From positions 1-64,000 of the IMG/VR virus record IMGVR_UViG_3300010158_000027: DNA of 64,000 nt. One strand, 5' to 3'. Positions 1 to 9,359 of the stretch are shown one piece after another (position 1 is the stretch's first letter; every line of letters begins with the position of its first letter). The notes beneath the pieces were generated by a model. The model did not search any database. It saw nothing but the letters and a program-made list of their open reading frames with translations, and was not told the origin of the DNA. Both the position numbers and the translations under genes were made by a program.

Positions 1-103
1 CTCCAAAGGGTGTTGTTCCCCCAGCCCGTCTAAGTGTTCCCCACCGACCATACAAAGATATAAAATATTTATGATTTAACCTAACATTTTATAAGATGAC
101 ACA

Positions 104-110
104 TATTTAT
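104..110 (+). promoter_or_regulatory. TATTTAT motif (representative of more than 25 copies), putative phage late promoter
   Basis: Lies about 4-45 nt upstream of starts on the coding strand on both strands (e.g. 931, 1511, 2141, 27157, 40704, 59908; minus 51392-51398, 57953-57959, 58297-58303). Confidence 0.7.
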
Positions 111-141
111 ATTAAAATAAAAGAATTAAAATGATATTAAA

Positions 142-552
142 ATGAAAAGAGTAATAAGATTAACTGAATCTGATTTAACAAGAATTGTTAAACGAGTAAT
201 AAAAGAACAATCTTCAGGGGTAGTTAAAGTTAGGGGTTGGGACACGTTAGATGGAATGACTAAAGAAACACATGGTGGGTGGATGCTTGACATCACTAAC
301 ATTCATTTAGAGAATATGGTACTTAAATTTAATTATGCGATTCCTGGAACAACCTCAAAAGGTACTGGACTTACTATGTGTCGTAAGAGTTCAACTCCCG
401 AATACGATTCGATAGCTCTCACAATTAATAATCAAACTCATCAATTATTTTTAACACCAGTAGGCTATAAAAACTTAACTCAGCTGTGTCGCACATATGC
501 AGGTAGAACTCCATCACCTACCGAGACACCAACGAATGGTGACTACGCATAA
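142..552 (+). CDS. Hypothetical protein with conserved N-terminal leader (MKRVIRLTESDLTRIVKRVIKEQ)
   Basis: ORF; TATTTAT at 104-110; leader nearly identical to that of 58376..58939. Confidence 0.85.
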   Translation: MKRVIRLTESDLTRIVKRVIKEQSSGVVKVRGWDTLDGMTKETHGGWMLDITNIHLENMVLKFNYAIPGTTSKGTGLTMCRKSSTPEYDSIALTINNQTHQLFLTPVGYKNLTQLCRTYAGRTPSPTETPTNGDYA

Positions 553-573
553 CTAATATAACATTATACTATT

Positions 574-600
574 GTCCCCATCTCTAATACAGGTGGGGAC
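574..600. terminator. Hairpin terminator downstream of 142..552
   Basis: Inverted repeat GTCCCCA...TGGGGAC followed by TTTC. Confidence 0.7.
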
Positions 601-613
601 TTTCTATGCCATA

Positions 614-722
614 AAGTTATTAACATGACAACTTGTCAATGGGGAATCATATATAAGTTATTAACATGACAACTTATTAAGGTAGGGGATAGATAAAGTT
701 ATTAACCTGACAACTTGTCAAT
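614..722. repeat. Three direct repeats AAGTTATTAAC(A/C)TGACAACTT at a 41-bp period
   Basis: Copies start at 614, 655 and 696. Confidence 0.9.
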
Positions 723-953
723 AGGGGGGTGCCTATCATATAAACCCCCTCCCTACGTATTTGGCATACCCCCCTCCCCCTTTATGTGTCCCGTATCCCC
801 CCTCCCCTCCTGACATTATGACAGGGTCAAAAGGGGGGACGATACCCAAAACGATGTGTATATATTAAAACCCCCTTTTAGGGTCATATCCTTAAAATAA
901 ATTTCCAGAAAAATTTTAAGAAAATCGGAGTATTTATTAATAAACAATATACT

Positions 954-1463
954 ATGGGAAAATTTATAATAACTGAATCAGAGAAAAATAACATTCGTTT
1001 ACAATATGGGATAATTAAAGAATCGGATGAGATTGATTTAATTAAAACGGAATTATCTGATAGTGGGGTTTCTATACCTGTTGAAAAAATGATTGATTCA
1101 ACTGAACCATTATGTACATCACCTGAAACGGGTGACCCTATGGAAGATTCTATTTTATCTAAAGTGTGGGAATGGGCTCAGACACAAAGTGTGGAAACAT
1201 TAAAGGATATGAAATCAAAAATTAGAGAGTCTATTAATGTGGCAAAAACTTTAATCAAAAATAAAAGGGTGGATGAACAATCGGCACCCATTCTTATTAT
1301 TGGGGGAATTGGTATTAGTGCTAGTTTATTAATATCCATTGGGGTATTATTGATATTTATAGTAGTTATTGCCATTGTATCAAGATCTTCAAAACGAAAA
1401 AGTCCTTGTCAACGTAGACGTAAGTTAACCAAACGTTACGGTATAGATGGGAACTTTATGTAA
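954..1463 (+). CDS. Leader-bearing protein with a C-terminal transmembrane helix
   Basis: MGKFIITESE...IIKES leader; long hydrophobic stretch followed by a basic tail. Confidence 0.8.
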   Translation: MGKFIITESEKNNIRLQYGIIKESDEIDLIKTELSDSGVSIPVEKMIDSTEPLCTSPETGDPMEDSILSKVWEWAQTQSVETLKDMKSKIRESINVAKTLIKNKRVDEQSAPILIIGGIGISASLLISIGVLLIFIVVIAIVSRSSKRKSPCQRRRKLTKRYGIDGNFM

Positions 1464-1522
1464 ACCATATTAATCCCCTCCCACAAAGAGGGGTTTTTTA
1501 TTTTATCGTATATTTATATCAT

Positions 1523-2068
1523 ATGAAAATCATTATTACAGAGGACCAATACGGACAATTAACTGAAATGATTAAACTTGACATCAAGGTTGGTGATACC
1601 ATAATGGGTGGCAAGTTTAAAAATAAGAAGGTTGTTGTAAAAACAATTGGAAAAAATGATAAGGGAGATATTACAATTAACGGTAAACCTTTATTAAGAT
1701 TCAGAATTATAAAAGAATCCACATCAATTGATAAAAACAAAAATAAGGACTTTTTGACTAATCTCATGGGAATTGACTTTACTGATAAGATTCAGATGAT
1801 AACCTCATCATCTGATGTTCCAAATAGTTTTGATGATGGTATTGCTCCATCAACTATCAAAACATATTTGAATCATTGGGGTCCGATGTATCTTTTTGAA
1901 CTTGATGGTGTAAAATATCTTTATCAAAATAGAGGTGATTTTGAAATGTTTATTGATGAGGACGGATATTGGCATAAAGATGAAATACCTGAAAAACTTG
2001 GTATTGGTATATTGGGGTTAAAGTTCTCAGATATTATTGATATGTATTTTGATGAGGAAAACATGTGA
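1523..2068 (+). CDS. Hypothetical protein with MKIIITE leader
   Basis: ORF; TATTTAT at 1511-1517. Confidence 0.8.
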   Translation: MKIIITEDQYGQLTEMIKLDIKVGDTIMGGKFKNKKVVVKTIGKNDKGDITINGKPLLRFRIIKESTSIDKNKNKDFLTNLMGIDFTDKIQMITSSSDVPNSFDDGIAPSTIKTYLNHWGPMYLFELDGVKYLYQNRGDFEMFIDEDGYWHKDEIPEKLGIGILGLKFSDIIDMYFDEENM

Positions 2069-2164
2069 AAACCTTTTCATATATATATTAACCCCCATTT
2101 ACAAAAATAAATTTCCAGAAAAATTTTAGAAATATCGAAGTATTTATTAAATAACAAATATACT

Positions 2165-2749
2165 ATGGGACTTATTATAACGGAAGAAGAAAAAAAATCT
2201 ATTAGGGGAATGTATCTTTTAAATGAAAACCGTACCATACCTCATCTTACAGAGTTATTAAAGAGTTTAGTTTTCAAGGATTTTGATTTGGACTTTAAAC
2301 TCACCCATAAAGGGTTGTTTGGTTATAATAGTTATTTCTTAAAAATTTATCTTGATCCAGAAGTTATGTGTATGTCGGGGGATATGTATGATTCTGATGC
2401 AATCGATTTTTTAGATAACGTGGAGGAAAATATTCATGGGGTATTACCTTATGTTGGTTTGTCCGATTCGGAACTTATGTTGGAGTTTGAGTTTTTAAAC
2501 GATAAAGAATTTTCAAATAAACTTGTTGGTATGGTTAATGGGATTTTTCCCACGTTATATGATAGGATTGAAGATTTGCCCAAGTTGGTTAATATGAAAT
2601 CAAATCAAAATGGTGGTAAACCTGAGTTTAAGATTTCGTTTCGATTTGATAATCGTCCAAAGATGGGTCAAATACAAAGGATGTATGAATATATCCACGA
2701 ATTACTTCCAACCTTTGAGGATGTGTATTTGGATTTTGGGGTGATATAG
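2165..2749 (+). CDS. Hypothetical protein with leader
   Basis: MGLIITEEE...LLNEN; TATTTAT at 2141-2147. Confidence 0.8.
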   Translation: MGLIITEEEKKSIRGMYLLNENRTIPHLTELLKSLVFKDFDLDFKLTHKGLFGYNSYFLKIYLDPEVMCMSGDMYDSDAIDFLDNVEENIHGVLPYVGLSDSELMLEFEFLNDKEFSNKLVGMVNGIFPTLYDRIEDLPKLVNMKSNQNGGKPEFKISFRFDNRPKMGQIQRMYEYIHELLPTFEDVYLDFGVI

Positions 2750-2972
2750 AATGTTCCCAACAACTATCCCTCATATACAAAAATAAATTTCCAGAAAAAT
2801 TTATATGTAAAATGAAATCCTTATAATATGTAAAGTATCTCCCCATTTCTAAAACAGGTGGGGATTTTTTGTATATTGTTATGGAATTTCTAAAAAAATT
2901 TTTAACACAAAATCTCCCCCCTACCCCCCTCTTTATTAATGTGCCTTGTATTTATAATTAAACGAATAAACT

Positions 2973-3647
2973 ATGAAAAGAATTATAAGACTTACTGAAT
3001 CACAATTGATTAGTATGGTTAACAATGTTATAAAGGAAATAAATACCGAAAACTCATATATCAATAATCAAGATACCGAACAATATCAAACAAAAAATAC
3101 AAATGTATTTGGTAATTCACCACATTCTAATTTTATTGATTATGGTATTCAATTTATGGGTTCACGTACTAAGGGAATGTATCAGGCTGTTTTTATGAAA
3201 ACCATGCCAGACGAATTCTATTCTTTTGTTAATCAATTTGATGATGAAATCAAAAGTGAAATTTTTGATTCTTTATCTAAAATTTATATTGAATCGAGTG
3301 GCGAATATAATCGCATACATTTTAGAGAAGGGATTCACCCATATTTAAAAGGTATCGGATTGGGGTATATAATATATGAAGCCTTTATCAAATACTTGGG
3401 GTTCGCATCTTCATCTGAAAGCGCAACATCTGATGCTAGAAAAATTTGGGAAAAACTTTTAAATGATCCTGACTTTCATGGTATTGTTTGTGGGGATGAA
3501 AAACAAGGTGGGGTTTTAATATTTGATAAGTCTTATAATGAAAATGTTGAGGGCATTGCAAAAAAATTCTTATCTGAAAGATGTAAACAAAACGCAAAAA
3601 TTGACGATTCATTAATTAAGATGTATCCTAATTTAAATAATATATGA
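2973..3647 (+). CDS. Leader-bearing GNAT-like acetyltransferase (putative)
   Basis: IHPYLKGIGLGYIIY resembles the acetyl-CoA binding loop; followed by ATSDARKIWEKL. Confidence 0.5.
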   Translation: MKRIIRLTESQLISMVNNVIKEINTENSYINNQDTEQYQTKNTNVFGNSPHSNFIDYGIQFMGSRTKGMYQAVFMKTMPDEFYSFVNQFDDEIKSEIFDSLSKIYIESSGEYNRIHFREGIHPYLKGIGLGYIIYEAFIKYLGFASSSESATSDARKIWEKLLNDPDFHGIVCGDEKQGGVLIFDKSYNENVEGIAKKFLSERCKQNAKIDDSLIKMYPNLNNI

Positions 3648-3982
3648 AACGATTTAATTTTTTATTGGAACTTTTGGAAACTTATAATTTACCTCATGGT
3701 GAATATGCCATATTTGGTTCAGCTCCCCTTGTTGTTACGGGAATGATTAAAGATGTAAATGATCTTGATGTAATTATAAAACCTAAATCTTGGGAGTTTG
3801 GACCCAGTGGTGAATATCGAACTGAGGATATTGAGTTCTTTAATAATTGGCCAGGTTTTGATGTTGATGATTTAATTGATAATCATACATTCGAATATAG
3901 GGGGTTTTTATTTGTGTACCCCGAAAAGGTTATTGAATATAAGAGATCGTTAAATCGGGATAAGGATCAAGATTTGATTTAA
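3644..3982 (+). CDS. Minimal nucleotidyltransferase-like protein
   Basis: AIFGSAPL...VNDLDVII (GS...DxD motif). Confidence 0.55.
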   Translation: MKRFNFLLELLETYNLPHGEYAIFGSAPLVVTGMIKDVNDLDVIIKPKSWEFGPSGEYRTEDIEFFNNWPGFDVDDLIDNHTFEYRGFLFVYPEKVIEYKRSLNRDKDQDLI

Positions 3983-3993
3983 CCCTTTGATAA

Positions 3994-4215
3994 TTATAGT
4001 GGGGGATTTTTTGTTTTATGATTGTTAATAATGTCGATTATTTTGTCATCTAATTCATTCATCATATCTTGTCTAACATAATTGGCGTAAATTGTTTTTG
4101 TATCGGTTTCGATATGAATCACCCCTCTATCTAACAATCCGTTAACATATCCTTGTTGTTTTATTCCGTGTAACGCCAATACTTCTTTAAGAAGTTCTAT
4201 TAATTCATTTTCCAT
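3994..4215 (-). CDS. Hypothetical protein
   Basis: ORF; TATCTTTG promoter at 4220-4227 on the minus strand. Confidence 0.75.
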   Translation of the reverse strand: MENELIELLKEVLALHGIKQQGYVNGLLDRGVIHIETDTKTIYANYVRQDMMNELDDKIIDIINNHKTKNPPL

Positions 4216-4335
4216 AATACAAAGATAACGTTTAACTTTATATTGAACGCGGAATTTCTAAAAAAAATTTTAACACAAAATCACCCCCTACCCCCTCTTT
4301 ATTGTTTTGTCTTGTATTTATTAATAAAAGAAACT

Positions 4336-4992
4336 ATGAAACATTTATTAAATGACTTAAGCGAAGAAGAAAAGAATAATATTCGTGAACAACATGCTGG
4401 TGGCATGAAAGTGAGTAACGCTAGATTTAACACATTATTGGAAACAAAATCGGGTGACGTTAAACCTTTTATTTCGGAACAATCTGGATCAATGAAACTC
4501 TCTTCATCTCCTGACTATATAAAGTTAAAACAATATTTTACTGTTGAATATGGTAAAGATAACGAATCACCTACATATGTCGGAAGTGATTACATTATTT
4601 GGAATGAGACACCTATTGGTAATTTTGATAATACAGTTAGATATAATTTGACAGTGGTTAAGTTAAAAACTGTAACAATGAAAGGTGGTCTGGCGGTTCT
4701 ACCCATAAGGGTTGGTACCGTCGACTTTGATTTTATGTCAAAGACTTTTATAAACGAGAAATATGACACTTTTAATGATTATAGCGGGATTAAATATTCA
4801 GTACAAGAAATTAACGATGCGTATTCATCATTCCCCAATGGACTTGACAAATTAGTTCCATCTTATAAGAAAACACAAGAAGGACAACTTATGGTTCAAA
4901 CCTTAAATAAAAATCCAGAATCTTTAAAGTTATTAAAATCGCAACTCACAGGTCAAGCTTTGGAAGTTTATAATGCCTTAACATCATCATAA
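4336..4992 (+). CDS. Hypothetical protein with leader (ATG at 4336 preferred over the track start)
   Basis: MKHLLNDLSEEEKNNIREQH; TATTTAT at 4315-4321. Confidence 0.8.
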   Translation: MKHLLNDLSEEEKNNIREQHAGGMKVSNARFNTLLETKSGDVKPFISEQSGSMKLSSSPDYIKLKQYFTVEYGKDNESPTYVGSDYIIWNETPIGNFDNTVRYNLTVVKLKTVTMKGGLAVLPIRVGTVDFDFMSKTFINEKYDTFNDYSGIKYSVQEINDAYSSFPNGLDKLVPSYKKTQEGQLMVQTLNKNPESLKLLKSQLTGQALEVYNALTSS

Positions 4993-4997
4993 TAAAA

Positions 4998-5024
4998 AGG
5001 GGGGTGTTATTACCCCCCCCTTTA
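4998..5024. terminator. Bidirectional terminator between convergent genes
   Basis: AAAGGGGGG...CCCCCCCTTT stem with A/T flanks. Confidence 0.7.
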
Positions 5025-5027
5025 TTT

Positions 5028-5567
5028 TTATTCAGTTGTACACCAAGGACACGTCAAATCCGTATCGTCGTCATTGCCGAAAAATAAATCCCATCTACCC
5101 TCACTATCTTCAACCATAATCAACGTTTGAACCAAGTCTCGATAACTATTGACTTCTAAAATCTCAATAGAATTAATTCCATCTTGATGAATCTCTTTAT
5201 GGTATAATGATAATATTTTGGTAGTTTCCCTGAAGTCCATTCCAAGCCATTCATTTCTATTTGGTTTAAGGCTAAGATAATCGGAACCTGACATTAAAAC
5301 GACCCTATCAGGAACCACTTTGAATGATCCGTCATTCCATAACATAAATCGATTATATGCGTTAACCATAGAATCTGCAATACTATCGCAGAGCCTATTT
5401 ACCCTACCTGTCGATACCATATACCTACAGTGGGCACCTGTGAAATCTATGCCGTATTTATCTAGTAGTTTATTTTGAGATTGGTTAATTTCGTCAAAAT
5501 ATAATTTTTGACCTAATACATTTAATTGAATTAATAATACCGATAAAAATAAAATTACGTTTTTCAT
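5028..5567 (-). CDS. Secreted protein with Sec signal peptide
   Basis: MKNVILFLSVLLIQLNVLG|Q. Confidence 0.75.
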   Translation of the reverse strand: MKNVILFLSVLLIQLNVLGQKLYFDEINQSQNKLLDKYGIDFTGAHCRYMVSTGRVNRLCDSIADSMVNAYNRFMLWNDGSFKVVPDRVVLMSGSDYLSLKPNRNEWLGMDFRETTKILSLYHKEIHQDGINSIEILEVNSYRDLVQTLIMVEDSEGRWDLFFGNDDDTDLTCPWCTTE

Positions 5568-5681
5568 ATGTTTCCTGTTTTAATTAATAATATAAAGATA
5601 GTCAAATTATTTGATTATCTAATTAAATAATGAAAATAAATTAAACTAAGACGGTTTTTGTTTCCCGTATATTTATAGTAT

Positions 5682-6083
5682 ATGAAAATCATTATTACAA
5701 AAAAACAATATAGATCTTTGGTATTTACCCTTTTGGAAACATTGGTGGGTGATATCACCATCGGTGAGTCGACAGGAGATTACTACACTATTTTAGATCA
5801 AGATGGTGAGGATATAATTACCATATGGACTAACATGGATAATGGATGTAAAAATGATTTAACTTTGGGTTTTAGTTTTAGTGAAAGTCTGGAGGTATAC
5901 GTTCCCTACTTTAGAAAAAAGATATTTTCTGAAGTTTTAATTGAATATGTCTATGATCATACCAATATTAAATGTGACTGTATAGATTATCACTATGGAT
6001 TTACTGAGGATGATGGTGGTACAATGGCGAAGGGTCAGTTTTTGTATAACCTTAAAAAGAAAAAAAAGCTTAAATCACCTTAA
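5682..6083 (+). CDS. Hypothetical protein (MKIIIT leader)
   Basis: ORF; TATTTAT at 5670-5676. Confidence 0.75.
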   Translation: MKIIITKKQYRSLVFTLLETLVGDITIGESTGDYYTILDQDGEDIITIWTNMDNGCKNDLTLGFSFSESLEVYVPYFRKKIFSEVLIEYVYDHTNIKCDCIDYHYGFTEDDGGTMAKGQFLYNLKKKKKLKSP

Positions 6084-6159
6084 AAGTATGTATTTCTAAA
6101 AAATTTAACTCAACCACCCGATTTATTGAATTACCTTATATTTATTAATAAAAGAAACT

Positions 6160-6399
6160 ATGAAAAAAGTAATAAGATTAACTGAAAGTGAATTATCTCG
6201 TATAATTAAACGAGTAATAAATGAAGCGGAAGAACCTGCAAACGATAATAGTAAAAACGGAACTATAAGTTGCGCAGAAAGACTGAAATCAGAATTTCAG
6301 CCTTTTCGTGCAAATAATGTTGCTTATGGAAATATTAAAGCGGAAAACGGTGGTTTTTCTTTATATAGAGGTTCTGAATTTTTTTGTAAAATTAAGTAA
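6160..6399 (+). CDS. Small leader-bearing protein
   Basis: MKKVIRLTESELSRIIKRVINE. Confidence 0.8.
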   Translation: MKKVIRLTESELSRIIKRVINEAEEPANDNSKNGTISCAERLKSEFQPFRANNVAYGNIKAENGGFSLYRGSEFFCKIK

Positions 6400-6460
6400 A
6401 CTATCATTGTGAAAATTAACCGATTAATTATTACCGTATATTTATAATTAAAACAATACT

Positions 6461-6958
6461 ATGGATCAAAATATACTAAATGAGATTAACCAAATGAAAT
6501 TTATGTTTGGTTATAAACCAGGGCTCGTGATATCCGAACAAGTTGAATTACCAAAATCAGATACTAACCCGGTGAATGTGATTCCGGACGCTCGTAAGAT
6601 ATCGGAACTTGAGGCAACTATATCTGTAGCTACCAGATCATTGGATGCTATTAAGACCCAAAAAGATGAGCAGTCTAAGAAGGAACAAATATCTGATCTC
6701 CAAACCCGACTGGACGACACTGTAAATAAGATTATAACCCCCGAGTTTAATAAAATGTCAAAGGAACAACAAAAAGTTTTAATGGGGGTGAAAACTCAGA
6801 TAGATACAGAATTAAATAAACTTAAAGGTATTGAGGTATCGGCACCAACCCAAACTAGAACTCCAGATGCTAAGGTGTCCGCGTGGGTTTCGGTGGCTGC
6901 AAGTCTTTTAGCGTTATGCACCAACGTGATAGACAAAATTAAAAAACCATTACAATAA
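6461..6958 (+). CDS. Leader-bearing coiled-coil protein with hydrophobic C-terminus
   Basis: MKFMFGYKPGLVISEQ leader, paralogous to the leader of 11458..11937. Confidence 0.8.
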   Translation: MDQNILNEINQMKFMFGYKPGLVISEQVELPKSDTNPVNVIPDARKISELEATISVATRSLDAIKTQKDEQSKKEQISDLQTRLDDTVNKIITPEFNKMSKEQQKVLMGVKTQIDTELNKLKGIEVSAPTQTRTPDAKVSAWVSVAASLLALCTNVIDKIKKPLQ

Positions 6959-7049
6959 CCTCGAAAGGTTATAATAAAATAAAAAACCCCATCTCTAATA
7001 CAGGTGGGTTTTTTATTTCCTTTTTAGATTTGTGAACTACATTAACAGT

Positions 7050-7229
7050 ATGGACAATCAACAGAAAGCAGAAATGTATAATCAACTAATGTATGAGTAT
7101 ACAAAAACACAAAATCAAATTTCATCAATAAAGGGAGAATCTATCGATTTGAACGAAAGACAATTAAAAAGTGTCAGTGAGTTGGAAAGTAAATTGAAAT
7201 TTCTAATGGATAAGGTGACTCGTTTGTAA
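7050..7229 (+). CDS. Small coiled-coil protein
   Basis: ATG at 7050; TAGATTTG at 7025-7032. Confidence 0.7.
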   Translation: MDNQQKAEMYNQLMYEYTKTQNQISSIKGESIDLNERQLKSVSELESKLKFLMDKVTRL

Positions 7230-7280
7230 TCTTTATATTGTTTTTTGAACATTCGTGGTATTTATAATAAAATATATATT

Positions 7281-7574
7281 ATGAACTTAAACAACAAATT
7301 AGTTTCAAGAATTGTAAAATCAATTCTTAAAGAACAGGAAGAAGATAAATCAGTTGAGACTTTATTTAACGATAACTCTGTTGAGGTACCTGCGGCTTGC
7401 AAGGCGGACACAAGTAAAGTCCCTTCAGTAGATATAAAGGCATGTGTAAAAGAAACGTTTACAAAGGCTCAAGGTTATTTAAAGGTGTTGGAATTGTTAT
7501 CAGACATGGAACCAGGTTTGAAGACACAAACTTTTGACTTACCAATAGGTGAATCAAAAAAAAGACGATATTAA
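7281..7574 (+). CDS. Leader-bearing hypothetical protein
   Basis: SRIVKSILKEQ; TATTTAT at 7259-7265. Confidence 0.75.
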   Translation: MNLNNKLVSRIVKSILKEQEEDKSVETLFNDNSVEVPAACKADTSKVPSVDIKACVKETFTKAQGYLKVLELLSDMEPGLKTQTFDLPIGESKKRRY

Positions 7575-7599
7575 AAGACTTATTATTTTTTGAACTGTA

Positions 7600-8022
7600 A
7601 TGTTTAACGAAAAAGAAAGGGAACAGGTAAATAGGTTTTTATCTAATCAAACATTTGAATGTTCTGCTCCGATGCTTGGTCTGACTAATCTTGATATTGA
7701 ATTTGAATATCGATTTGAAGTTGTTGGTGAGAGAAAAATGATTTCCGTTGGTGAGTATTACATGTATGCTGAAGTTAGTGTTGAAATTTTAAATATCGAA
7801 GAAAAAATTAAACCTTTACTTAAACTGATGGGTGAACATTTTAATAACTCGGAAATGTCTAAAGTCTTTTTCCTCGAGGATTGGCAGTTCAAGCATAGAC
7901 TAGATAACTGTATTAGTGAAAATTTAAAATACGTGAATAATGGGGATTACCCAAGAATTACATTTAATGAAATTATAATGACGGACGATTTATATGACGA
8001 TATAATGAGTAATCTTAAATAA
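7600..8022 (+). CDS. Hypothetical protein
   Basis: ORF only. Confidence 0.7.
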   Translation: MFNEKEREQVNRFLSNQTFECSAPMLGLTNLDIEFEYRFEVVGERKMISVGEYYMYAEVSVEILNIEEKIKPLLKLMGEHFNNSEMSKVFFLEDWQFKHRLDNCISENLKYVNNGDYPRITFNEIIMTDDLYDDIMSNLK

Positions 8023-8067
8023 GAAATTTAAAATACGGCTTAGGACCGATATTGCTACGGCAATAGG

Positions 8068-8099
8068 AACCCCCATGTGTATCGCTACCTATGGGGGTT
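8068..8099. terminator. Bidirectional terminator
   Basis: AACCCCCAT...ATGGGGGTT stem between convergent genes. Confidence 0.7.
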
Positions 8100-8106
8100 T
8101 ATTTTT

Positions 8107-8532
8107 TTATTCAAAATCAATAACCTCTAAATCGAAGATAAGTTTTTTTCCTGCTAGTGGATGATTACCATCTAACACTACCGTATCCTCTTTTACTTCC
8201 TTTACCAACAACTGAATCGGTCCCATGTCTGTGTGAGCCTCTAAATGCATTCCGATTTCAACTTCACCTGGCATTTGAACTTTAGGAACCTCTTGAACCA
8301 TATAGTCCAGATGTTCTCCGTATGCGTCAACGGGTTCAATTTCAATCGTTTTTTTATCGCCAACCGACATCTCTAAAAGTCCATTTTCAAATCCTTTTAT
8401 AAGATTTCCTTCACCTAATTTGGTTTTAATTGGTTCTCTACCTTCATCCGTTGATGAATCAAAAATTGTCCCATCAGTAAACTTCCCTGTGTAATGTACT
8501 GTTACAGTATCACCATTTTTAACTTTTGTCAT
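8107..8532 (-). CDS. slyD: FKBP-type peptidyl-prolyl cis-trans isomerase (SlyD/FkpB-like, no His tail)
   Basis: VTVHYTG...FDSS...LIKGFE...VVLDGNHPLAGKKLIFDLEV. Confidence 0.9.
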   Translation of the reverse strand: MTKVKNGDTVTVHYTGKFTDGTIFDSSTDEGREPIKTKLGEGNLIKGFENGLLEMSVGDKKTIEIEPVDAYGEHLDYMVQEVPKVQMPGEVEIGMHLEAHTDMGPIQLLVKEVKEDTVVLDGNHPLAGKKLIFDLEVIDFE

Positions 8533-8611
8533 AATTTTAATTTTTTATAATTATAATTTATTTTATTCGTATTGTAAAACTATTTATTAAAATATATATG
8601 TAAAATCCAAT

Positions 8612-8911
8612 ATGAAAAGTAGAAAACAAAAACTAATGGTATCCGTTAACGTATTATCAGAACAAAGATATTTGTATGATAAGTTCTTAAAGAAGGACGA
8701 AGAAAAAAATGACATACCAAAATTACAAGTCTCTTTAATTGAAGGTAGGTTTAGTAAATATAAAGTTAATTTATTTCAAAACGATATTCTAAAAGATAAC
8801 ATGACTGACGAGATATTACAAAAATTAAATCTAAAACGTGAATATGCTAGTCGGGTATCGGCTATGATGGATGTGGATAAAGTCACTTCTGAACAATTAA
8901 AAAACATTTAA
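8612..8911 (+). CDS. Hypothetical protein with leader (VLSEQ)
   Basis: ORF; TATTTAT at 8581-8587. Confidence 0.7.
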   Translation: MKSRKQKLMVSVNVLSEQRYLYDKFLKKDEEKNDIPKLQVSLIEGRFSKYKVNLFQNDILKDNMTDEILQKLNLKREYASRVSAMMDVDKVTSEQLKNI

Positions 8912-8912
8912 A

Positions 8913-9323
8913 ATGGACGTAAACGAAATTAAACAAAACGCATTAGATGGACTTGAAACTCTAAAATACATTTTAGAAATTAAGATCGGGGAAGGGTTAA
9001 ATGATATTTCATACGATAATATCGATTTTTCAATATCAAAGGATGAGGGACTTTTTGATGTAACTGGTGAGATTATTATTGATATGGTGTGTGACGGGGA
9101 TTTAGGTATGATATCAAATATGTTTAAAAAATTGGATGTATCATTTGATGTCGTCTTCAGATCTTACCTTTTTACCGATGAAGGTAAACTTTCAAAAATT
9201 AAATCAGACACCCCACCTAATAATTCGCTAGGTCTTGGTTATATGTTGTTTGAACTTCGTCCAGATTTTATTGATAAAGAAAAAATATCAATAATTATGG
9301 GGTTTAATTCGTATGACTATTAA
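8913..9323 (+). CDS. Hypothetical protein
   Basis: ORF only. Confidence 0.7.
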   Translation: MDVNEIKQNALDGLETLKYILEIKIGEGLNDISYDNIDFSISKDEGLFDVTGEIIIDMVCDGDLGMISNMFKKLDVSFDVVFRSYLFTDEGKLSKIKSDTPPNNSLGLGYMLFELRPDFIDKEKISIIMGFNSYDY

Positions 9324-9359
9324 AAATTGACTATCTTTGTATTATACTCTTTTTATAAT

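Noticed and set aside
1-60. GC-rich minus-strand sequence after a TATCTTTG element (gene or RNA start)
   Set aside because: Truncated by the window edge; coding versus ncRNA cannot be decided.
614-722. Possible mini CRISPR array
   Set aside because: Spacers would be only about 14-20 nt, the repeats are degenerate, and there are no cas genes in the window.
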